Below are positions 30,033 through 36,909 of a stretch of 55,201 bases of DNA, piece by piece; positions within the stretch are counted from its first letter, which is position 1; every line of letters begins with the position of its first letter. A program made the translations under genes and the position numbers. This DNA comes from a virus (taxonomy: Duplodnaviria > Caudoviricetes): positions 1-55,201 of IMG/VR virus record IMGVR_UViG_3300022200_000056; one strand, 5' to 3'. The notes beneath the pieces are model-generated. The model saw nothing but the letters and a program-made list of their open reading frames with translations. It did no database searches and was not told the DNA's origin.

Positions 30033-30314
30033 TTATGATTTAAGTGATGCGCGACCACAGTGTGGGCATTCATGTAACATCATGTCTACATGGTATTGGA
30101 ATGTGTCCTCATCCATAAACTCATACGGCGAGTGGCTTGCTGAGAACATGGGCGCGATCACACCGTAATCGCCGCTCAGTTTTGTTTCCTCATAGCAGTC
30201 ATGAAATACCTTGCGGTTTTCCAAAGCGCCCTCAGCGTCATAGTAATCATCAACATGTGGCAGATACCTTATGCCACGGTATGAATATTCAGGTGCGTTA
30301 TCCCAACTAATCAT
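30033..30314 (-). CDS. Hypothetical protein with C-terminal CPHCG
   Basis: AAGGAG RBS; 93 aa. Confidence 0.6.
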   Translation of the reverse strand: MISWDNAPEYSYRGIRYLPHVDDYYDAEGALENRKVFHDCYEETKLSGDYGVIAPMFSASHSPYEFMDEDTFQYHVDMMLHECPHCGRASLKS

Positions 30315-30324
30315 GATTATCTCC

Positions 30325-31110
30325 TTATAGATTGTCGAGCAGTGTGCCCAAGACGAACGCCTTGGTTCTGCGGTTTAGTAATTCAATGGCAGACTGAAGG
30401 TTTTTTGAGTATGCATGAACCTTCTGCGTCTCGCCTTTATCTGACAACAAGTCAGTGCTATCATGGTTATGCACCACAAGCCATCCGATTTGGACATCAG
30501 GCACACTCTTTTTCCAAGTGACCGTCTTTACCTTGAAGGCAGTGGCAGTCTCTGGCAGTGCATCGAAAATTATGTCTGCCTTTTTTGCATGCATAACAAA
30601 CCTCTTGCCTGATCCTGACATCAGCATAGCAAGACCTTCTAAGAACACGTTGCGATACCAAGTCAACTTTAGACCCACACGATTAGTACATGTGTAATCG
30701 CTAGTTTTCTCATGCTCAATATATGTGTCCTTTGCATTGGATTCCACCACCCCAAGACCCATGCACCGTATGTAATTATCCGACAGAACACGTTGTGCAA
30801 GTGCGAAGGTTAGGTCTGCATGTTTTTTCATTGGGTTGAAGGTATTCTTTGATGTCTTTGCATTGGCAAATTGGCGATAGTCTCTAACCTGATTGACCAT
30901 ACTCTGCATGTACTTAACCACAGCACTCTCAACACCGAAGCAATGTTCATCAAAGAATTTATCAACATCAACGCTGATGTCAAATTTGCTTCTCCCCCTG
31001 AGGATTAGGCAAACCAAATCGTTTGGCATCTCCCAAGTTTTTGCCATGTCATTGATTGCCTTCTTACACTGCATCGCAGATAGATAATTCTTTTTTAATT
31101 GTTCATTCAT
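30325..31110 (-). CDS. Hypothetical protein
   Basis: Long ORF with GGAGA RBS. Confidence 0.7.
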   Translation of the reverse strand: MNEQLKKNYLSAMQCKKAINDMAKTWEMPNDLVCLILRGRSKFDISVDVDKFFDEHCFGVESAVVKYMQSMVNQVRDYRQFANAKTSKNTFNPMKKHADLTFALAQRVLSDNYIRCMGLGVVESNAKDTYIEHEKTSDYTCTNRVGLKLTWYRNVFLEGLAMLMSGSGKRFVMHAKKADIIFDALPETATAFKVKTVTWKKSVPDVQIGWLVVHNHDSTDLLSDKGETQKVHAYSKNLQSAIELLNRRTKAFVLGTLLDNL

Positions 31111-31146
31111 TGTAGTCTCCAATCATAAGAGGTTAAGATGGCGGCA

Positions 31147-32274
31147 CTATGCCGCCACCTGTATTCTTGTTGTTTCACCGATGGGTGCATCATTGCAATC
31201 CATATCGGTTGATACCCATAGCACTGGGTAATCTGGTGTTTCATTCGGATAGTCGAAGATGCCCATGTCAGTCAGGTAAACCATAGCATCGCATGGTATC
31301 TGATTGTCATAGACATAATCGAATACAGGCATGACGCGAGTGCCGCCTCTACCCTTGGCCTCGACACCGTTGATGTACTCGCCTTGAGCATACTCAGTCA
31401 CAGACTGAACCTCAGCATCGCAGACGATCAATGTGATAGAGCGCGGATTAAAATCCTCAATCAACTGGTTGAAGACACCAAGGAAATATTCCTGCTCACG
31501 CATCGATACACTGCCACTGCTATCCCAGCCCAGCACGATGTCACCGACACCGACACGATCAACTGCTGGCATGTATATGCCTTGGGTGTAGTACACTTTG
31601 CGATTGCACCGCCGCCATGTGTAATCTTCTGGCTGATCACCGCCAACAAATCTGCGGATCACATCCATCCAATCAACTTGAGAACGCCGCATGCGCGACA
31701 CCATCTCTTTAATCTTAGATGGTAGTTTGCCAGCGTTCTCAGCCGCCTGTGCCGCCATGAAGACACGCTGGTCTACATCTGCCGCCATCTGCTCCAGATC
31801 GCCCTGAGAGGGCTGTGAGCCGTCTTCATTGGATGCATCCATGACGATGCCCCATGATGGCTGATCCGCGCCGCCATCAGACTGAGGCAACAGGTCAAAT
31901 ATTTTCTCTGCCGCCATGCCTTTGTACTGCTCACTGAACAGGCCATCTTCTGGCAGGACAAAGCCGCCATCGGTGAGGATGTCATTGATGGCGTAGTCGG
32001 TGGCGATGTTCCATTTTTTATGATCACGATCACCGCGCCGCAGATGATGTTTCATCACGATGTGCATGACCTCATGAGCGATTACGCCCTTGATCTCATC
32101 CTCACTGTGACGGTCAACGAAGGGCTCTGCCCAGATGATCTTCTTGCCATCGGTTGCCATCGTCTCGATGCTATCATCTTGTACAAAATGACATCCAAGT
32201 GCGATGCTACCGAAGAAGGGGTGCTTGACCATTAGACTGGTCTTGCACCGTGCAATTTTTAGATTAGCATCCAT
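31147..32274 (-). CDS. Metallopeptidase-VWA protein (DUF2201-like)
   Basis: TMATDG, HEVMH, WNIATDYAIN, MIDAS DSSGS, GRGGT, YLTD. Confidence 0.9.
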   Translation of the reverse strand: MDANLKIARCKTSLMVKHPFFGSIALGCHFVQDDSIETMATDGKKIIWAEPFVDRHSEDEIKGVIAHEVMHIVMKHHLRRGDRDHKKWNIATDYAINDILTDGGFVLPEDGLFSEQYKGMAAEKIFDLLPQSDGGADQPSWGIVMDASNEDGSQPSQGDLEQMAADVDQRVFMAAQAAENAGKLPSKIKEMVSRMRRSQVDWMDVIRRFVGGDQPEDYTWRRCNRKVYYTQGIYMPAVDRVGVGDIVLGWDSSGSVSMREQEYFLGVFNQLIEDFNPRSITLIVCDAEVQSVTEYAQGEYINGVEAKGRGGTRVMPVFDYVYDNQIPCDAMVYLTDMGIFDYPNETPDYPVLWVSTDMDCNDAPIGETTRIQVAA

Positions 32275-32304
32275 GCTAGTCTCCATAAAAAAGTTCTATA
32301 TAAC

Positions 32305-33321
32305 TTACACAAGGGTAAGCGCGGAACCGTTGGTCAACGCCCACTGGCGAAGAGCCTCAACCTTTTTCAATTCAGGATCACGGCTCACCGCATCCTTGAT
32401 GACGAAGGCAGAAAATTCTTGCTGAGGCAGACGATTGAGGTATGCGATGATCTTGCCAAGGTTGGTTTGATTTGCCTTAAATGCCAGACCAGCACAGATT
32501 GCGTATGTCACCGCAGGATCTTCACTGATCATTGCAATCTCAGGATTAGCAATCAACTCATCGAGATCTGGACAGGTGTCATAGATCTTGAGAAACCCAA
32601 GAAAATCTGCACAGGCAGGACGCCCTACCTGACCAGCGATTGCCTCAGTCTGGCAGACTGCATCCAGCCCCCATCCCATGACAGATGACACCCTATCCCA
32701 TGATCGTGGCGATGGCGATGCATTGGCATCACGATCAAATTTATGTAACCATTCTGGGCGAAAGCGCAGGAACGCACAAATGCGTTGATCGACACCAACC
32801 TTATTGAAGTAGCCGATGGCATCCTCAAGGTCAGCCTCGATCTCCAAGAACATCAGGCGATCTTTAAGATGCGATGGCATGGTGTTTGTACCAGCGCGGT
32901 CACTGGTGCGATTGCCAGCCGCCACGATAGCCCAGCCATCAGGCAGACGGTGCTGACCGACACGCCGCTCATTGACGATTTGTGCGGCGATGTTCTGGTT
33001 GGCGACTGGTGCTTGAGGCAATTCATCCAAGAAGAGGATGCCCTCACCTTCCGAAGGCATCCAGTCTGGGCGAAGGCGTTTCATACCATCACCATCATTG
33101 ACCAGCCATCCTGCAAGTTCGCCAGCATCATACTGAGCAAGCGAAACGACAAGACACTGAACATCACGGCTTTTGGCGATGTCCTGAACAACGGTTGTTT
33201 TACCAAGACCAGCACCGCCGATCAGGTATGGGATTGGACGCATTGCATCGCGGCCTTGGGCGTTGGTGATTTGGCTGTCGATTGAAGCCTCGACAATGGC
33301 TTTTGATTGAGTAAGACGCAT
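32305..33321 (-). CDS. MoxR-like AAA+ ATPase
   Basis: Walker A GGAGLGKT, Walker B LFLDE, AAGNR, SPRSW; paired with VWA gene. Confidence 0.9.
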   Translation of the reverse strand: MRLTQSKAIVEASIDSQITNAQGRDAMRPIPYLIGGAGLGKTTVVQDIAKSRDVQCLVVSLAQYDAGELAGWLVNDGDGMKRLRPDWMPSEGEGILFLDELPQAPVANQNIAAQIVNERRVGQHRLPDGWAIVAAGNRTSDRAGTNTMPSHLKDRLMFLEIEADLEDAIGYFNKVGVDQRICAFLRFRPEWLHKFDRDANASPSPRSWDRVSSVMGWGLDAVCQTEAIAGQVGRPACADFLGFLKIYDTCPDLDELIANPEIAMISEDPAVTYAICAGLAFKANQTNLGKIIAYLNRLPQQEFSAFVIKDAVSRDPELKKVEALRQWALTNGSALTLV

Positions 33322-33353
33322 AACTTTTCTCCTTGTTTGCGTTGGTTATATGG

Positions 33354-33418
33354 CGAGATGCCACGACACCCCCGAAGGGGTGTTTCGACAGTTTCTCATG
33401 CTGTCATCGTCAGGTAGC
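33354..33418 (-). ncRNA. Hammerhead ribozyme, type I
   Basis: GCUAC-CUGACGA-U-GACAG(CAUGAGAAA)CUGUC-GAAA-CACCCC(UUCG)GGGGUG-UC^GUGGC; loop II UGAGA can pair with downstream UCUCG. Confidence 0.9.
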
Positions 33419-33419
33419 G

Positions 33420-34085
33420 TTATGCGGCATCAAGTGCGCCCAGCACCTTGTCCACAACTTCATTTTCAGATGCGGCATCAGCCATAGCCTTTGCCGCCGC
33501 ATCATCTGATGCAAGCCGTGCGGCCTTCAACTCGCGGCACGCATCATCGAACTCAGCCCAATCCATCGCATCGTATTTGGATGGCTTGAATGAACCAGTT
33601 ACGGTTTCTTTGCCGAACAACTTTTCTGCCAGTTTAAACATCTCAGATTTGCCAGCGTCACCATCGACAGCATCCATGAGTTTTTTCTCGCTATCAATTT
33701 CATGATCATCAAACACTGCCCTGACCATTTCGGGCGTTACGTTGTCGCCGCCAATGCCCAACTTGTGGCGAGCCTTGACGCTGTTCTCTTTCAGTTTCTT
33801 GGCGGTGGCTGGCTTGATGTATGCACCCAACTCTTCGCTCAGTTGTTTAGACACTGTGGCAGGAAGGCGTTTGTTCTTGCCATTGCCAACCAACCCGACT
33901 GGCGAGATCGCCACGATCAGGCTGACGTACTGGTTAATCTTATGGGCATTCATCTGCTGGGTGTTCGCGTTGTTCTCCATGGTGCGTGCCTTGTTCTCGC
34001 CGCGCAAATTAGCAATGGATGCCTCAGCATTGGCAATGTCTGCCATGGTGTTGTCGAAATTTTGAGTGTTAAAAATGTCCTGCAT
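33420..34085 (-). CDS. Hypothetical early protein
   Basis: AGGAGA RBS; 221 aa, Ala/Asp-rich helical. Confidence 0.75.
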   Translation of the reverse strand: MQDIFNTQNFDNTMADIANAEASIANLRGENKARTMENNANTQQMNAHKINQYVSLIVAISPVGLVGNGKNKRLPATVSKQLSEELGAYIKPATAKKLKENSVKARHKLGIGGDNVTPEMVRAVFDDHEIDSEKKLMDAVDGDAGKSEMFKLAEKLFGKETVTGSFKPSKYDAMDWAEFDDACRELKAARLASDDAAAKAMADAASENEVVDKVLGALDAA

Positions 34086-34117
34086 AATAGTCTCCTGTGA
34101 ATTGCAGTTGGTTGGTG

Positions 34118-34285
34118 TTATTTCCAGATCACTTCAATTTGTGAAGTTTTCTCATCGGTCTTCCATTCGCCGATAGGCTTGCGTGACATGGTGCAGAACA
34201 CCTTGCCAGCGCGGTCACCTACGACCTTTTCGAAACGATCAATTTCATTAAGAAAATCGTTAAATGTTTTGAAGATCTCTTTCAT
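34118..34285 (-). CDS. Small hypothetical protein (55 aa, not in ORF track)
   Basis: MKEIFKTFNDFLNEIDRFEKVVGDRAGKVFCTMSRKPIGEWKTDEKTSQIEVIWK with GGAGA RBS. Confidence 0.65.
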   Translation of the reverse strand: MKEIFKTFNDFLNEIDRFEKVVGDRAGKVFCTMSRKPIGEWKTDEKTSQIEVIWK

Positions 34286-34287
34286 GG

Positions 34288-34491
34288 TTATTCTCCCTTG
34301 AACTCAAAACGCTGGTCAAAATATGCAGGGTTGTCAGAGCATGCGATAGCATCCTTAACCTGTTGGACATTCATCCATCCGCACATTGCCATCTCGAAGG
34401 CATCATCGAAGTTGATGAAACCAAGATTAGCCAAGGTCTTCAGTGCCTCGCGGCGGATAGGTGTGAGTTTAGCATCTGCAATTTTAGACAT
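34288..34491 (-). CDS. Small hypothetical protein, first gene of leftward operon
   Basis: AGGAGA RBS overlapping hammerhead stem III; 67 aa. Confidence 0.7.
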   Translation of the reverse strand: MSKIADAKLTPIRREALKTLANLGFINFDDAFEMAMCGWMNVQQVKDAIACSDNPAYFDQRFEFKGE

Positions 34492-34499
34492 CGTTGTCT

Positions 34500-34549
34500 C
34501 CTGTTTCGTGGTTACTCTTCAGCATGGCGTACCAATCGCCATGGACAGG
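34500..34549 (-). ncRNA. Hammerhead ribozyme, type III
   Basis: CCUG-UC^CAUGGCG(AUUGGUA)CGCCAUG-CUGAAGA-GU(AACC)AC-GAAA-CAGG; complete core and complementary loops. Confidence 0.88.
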
Positions 34550-34550
34550 G

Positions 34551-34783
34551 GGGCAAGTTACCCTGCCCCGAACCCAGCCGCAGGAACTCACGCCCCTGCC
34601 AGATTTACCGCCCCACAAGCGCGAGCGCATCACTGCGGTCACACCCGATCTGTATCTCGAACTGCCCCATCGCAAGCGCGACAGGTGGGCTGGGTGACAT
34701 CGCCTCACCACTCCGTGAGGTAGAAGATCTGGGGCTGGTTACCAGAATGCCGAAGGTTGCCAAATCAGGGGCTGTGAACCCCT
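34551..34783 (-). ncRNA. Large unclassified structured RNA (multi-junction, GNRA loops)
   Basis: About nine nested or adjacent helices, GUGA x2 and GUAA tetraloops, G-U pairs favour the minus strand, no credible ORF. Confidence 0.65.
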
Positions 34784-35103
34784 TTGTCATATAGCCGCAG
34801 ATGGTTGTCAACCCCCCCTAATGGCTTTTTTTGGTCATTAATGGATATGTGTGACATATATGCAACAGTTAAAGGTCGAAATCGTCACTGGCGGCTTCTG
34901 GAAGATAGCCGTGTGTGATTATAAGCCAGAATACCTAAAGGCGCTCAGTGAGGCTTAAAACGCCAGTAATCGGCATTATTGGTTATTCTTTGCCAGTGTT
35001 GTTTCGGGGACGTAAATGGTAAAGTTATATAGAACAATTGAACGGCGAGACCAAAACCACGCCCAAGCGCAAGCGCATACTGGCGGCACACAGGGAATAC
35101 ATA

Positions 35104-35574
35104 ATGGGTAGAGATAAAGACAAAGATAAGATCATTAAACTAGTACCAGCATCGGATGGCCTCACTAGCAAACAGGAAACCTTCGCCAAGTTGGTAAGTG
35201 AGGGGCAGACACTCACTGATGCCTATCGATCAGCGTACAGCGCAGAAAAGATGAAGGATAGTTCAGTATGGGTTGAAGCATGCAAGTTGAGGCAACACCC
35301 CAAGGTGTCCCAAAGGATAGAGGCGTTATCAGGTGAGATCACCGCACGTCAGGCATCTGAAGACGAACGGCTCAGGATATTTGTGACTGAACAGTTGAAG
35401 CATGAGGCTTTGGGTGCAGGATCAGACAGCGCAAGGGTTCAGGCACTGGTGGCATTGGGCAGATCGGTGGCAATGTTCAGTGACAAGGTTATCGAAGAGG
35501 ACAGCACACACCGCACAGCGTCTGAGATTGAGGCTGAGATCCAAGATCGCCTGTCGCGACTGCTTGGTTCCTGA
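35104..35574 (+). CDS. terS: Terminase small subunit
   Basis: LTSKQETFAKLV..TDAYRSAY..ACKLRQHPKVSQRI..ARVQALVALGR. Confidence 0.8.
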   Translation: MGRDKDKDKIIKLVPASDGLTSKQETFAKLVSEGQTLTDAYRSAYSAEKMKDSSVWVEACKLRQHPKVSQRIEALSGEITARQASEDERLRIFVTEQLKHEALGAGSDSARVQALVALGRSVAMFSDKVIEEDSTHRTASEIEAEIQDRLSRLLGS

Positions 35575-35688
35575 TCTGTCTGGGGGTGGACACAGCGCAT
35601 TCCGCACTGGCTTGACCCCCACCCCACCCCATCCCCCCTGTATGGCGCGGCGCATACAACACACTATACACTGTGAAATGCACAACCA

Positions 35689-35898
35689 ATGAGTATCCTA
35701 GAAAATCTAGACATCTGCCAAGGTAATTGCATCTTAGATGATGAGAAATGTATAATTTGCTGTAGGTCCTTTCATGAAATAGCCGTGTGGGACGATTTAA
35801 CGCCCTCTGAGAGGGATTGGATGACTACTATGGTGCAGGGTAGGCAGGATAGACTCTGGACGCTCTGGTGGGGCTCTGAGAGCGTTTTAAAGAATTAG
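35689..35898 (+). CDS. DUF1289-like Cys-rich protein
   Basis: CQGNCILDDEKCIICCRSFHEIAVW..SER. Confidence 0.7.
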   Translation: MSILENLDICQGNCILDDEKCIICCRSFHEIAVWDDLTPSERDWMTTMVQGRQDRLWTLWWGSESVLKN

Positions 35899-35998
35899 CA
35901 TAATTTAATAGTTCTCTAGAACTTTTACCCCCCCCTATTCTTAAAAATTATTTTGCTAGTTATAATTTTAGGGAAGGGGTTCTTTCTAGGAAAGTACC

Positions 35999-36232
35999 CT
36001 AGGAATCCTGTGCCCCCACGTTGGCACCGTACATCTGTAAGGTTTCCCAGCCATCTTCTAGCTCTTCTTCAGGGGGCGGCTTTAGGTTTTCCTTGGCATA
36101 TTCCACGCCAGCCTTTATTGCGTGGTAAATTCCGGAAGATATCATGGCGGATTTTACCTTATCGCACATATCTATCGTGACCGTGGCGCTACCGTCTTCG
36201 TGCTCAACAACATCAACAACTTCTATTTTCAT
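35999..36232 (-). CDS. Small hypothetical protein
   Basis: MKIEVVDVVEHEDGSATV motif; GGGAG RBS. Confidence 0.6.
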   Translation of the reverse strand: MKIEVVDVVEHEDGSATVTIDMCDKVKSAMISSGIYHAIKAGVEYAKENLKPPPEEELEDGWETLQMYGANVGAQDS

Positions 36233-36250
36233 TAAAATCTCCCTCGTCCC

Positions 36251-36333
36251 TTACTAGTTATAATAACATATAACTAGTTATAATTATATATATACATAAC
36301 TAGTTATAAGTAGTAAATAGTTATATACTAGTT
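36251..36333. repeat. AT-rich island of ACTAGTTATA repeats
   Basis: Four ACTAGTT copies, including palindromic TATAACTAGTTATA. Confidence 0.7.
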
Positions 36334-36335
36334 GG

Positions 36336-36399
36336 GCGGGCTGATGTCTCCCCTGCCCGCAGGGGGAGTTGAGCGTGGTCCTCCCGACGCTCCTCCCCC
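36336..36399 (+). promoter_or_regulatory. Two GC-rich hairpins with CUCCC loops (late-operon leader or sRNA)
   Basis: GCGGGC/GCCCGC with loop UGAUGUCUCCCCU; GGGGGAG..GAGCGU/ACGCUC-CUCCCCC with loop GGUCCUCCCG. Confidence 0.45.
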
Positions 36400-36415
36400 A
36401 CCTTAAGGAGAACGA

Positions 36416-36661
36416 ATGAGCAACAAAGTTATAAACTTCCCCGGCGTTAATTTTAAAAACGATGGAATGGGGGATATAGACCCAGACGATATGCTGAAGG
36501 CTATTGCTGAGGAGTCTGTGCTAGACAGCGTTGTTGTGCTAGGCTGGACAAAGGAAAACAATTTATTTGTTGCCACCAGTGGGGAAAGCGGCCCCGAGAT
36601 TATTTTTCTAATGGAGATTGCGAAGTCGGTTATTGTTAACAGATGTTTGCAGATTGAATAA
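36416..36661 (+). CDS. Hypothetical protein
   Basis: AAGGAG RBS; NKVINFPG..VVVLGW motif. Confidence 0.7.
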   Translation: MSNKVINFPGVNFKNDGMGDIDPDDMLKAIAEESVLDSVVVLGWTKENNLFVATSGESGPEIIFLMEIAKSVIVNRCLQIE

Positions 36662-36909
36662 TGTTTACTGCCATGGTTTATGCTTGTTTGACTTTAAGTT
36701 CAGAGTCATGTCTTATCTTTAAAGATAAATGGGGACCAAGCAAAACCATCGAAGAATGCCTAAAGCGAACAAATGAAATGGCGGCGGTAGTAGCAAGTTT
36801 GGGTTATAAGCCACTGGCGTATAAGTGTGAGAGATCGGGAGTTAATACACACATCGATGAATCAGTTACAATCCGTACAAGACAAAATAAAAAACCTTCC
36901 GCTATCTGA
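36661..36909 (+). CDS. Hypothetical Cys-containing protein
   Basis: MFTAMVYAC..C..GP..EEC..R; coupled ORF. Confidence 0.55.
   Translation: MFTAMVYACLTLSSESCLIFKDKWGPSKTIEECLKRTNEMAAVVASLGYKPLAYKCERSGVNTHIDESVTIRTRQNKKPSAI

Noticed and set aside
33366-33385. UUCG hairpin as a simple intrinsic terminator
   Set aside because: No U-tract on the transcribed minus strand; it is stem III of a complete hammerhead core
34551-34600. Group II intron domain V/VI at the 3' end of the structured RNA
   Set aside because: No AGC/CGC catalytic triad hairpin or branch-point A; the element is too short and interrupts no gene
34298-34811. Short ORFs over the structured RNA (34298-34723+, 34363-34794+, 34484-34711-, 34494-34697+, 34605-34811-)
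   Set aside because: No clear RBS, atypical composition and mutual overlap; better explained by the GC-rich RNA structure lacking stop codons
36251-36333. ACTAGTTATA repeats as a mini CRISPR array
   Set aside because: Repeats are about 10 bp with short irregular AT-rich spacers, unlike CRISPR geometry
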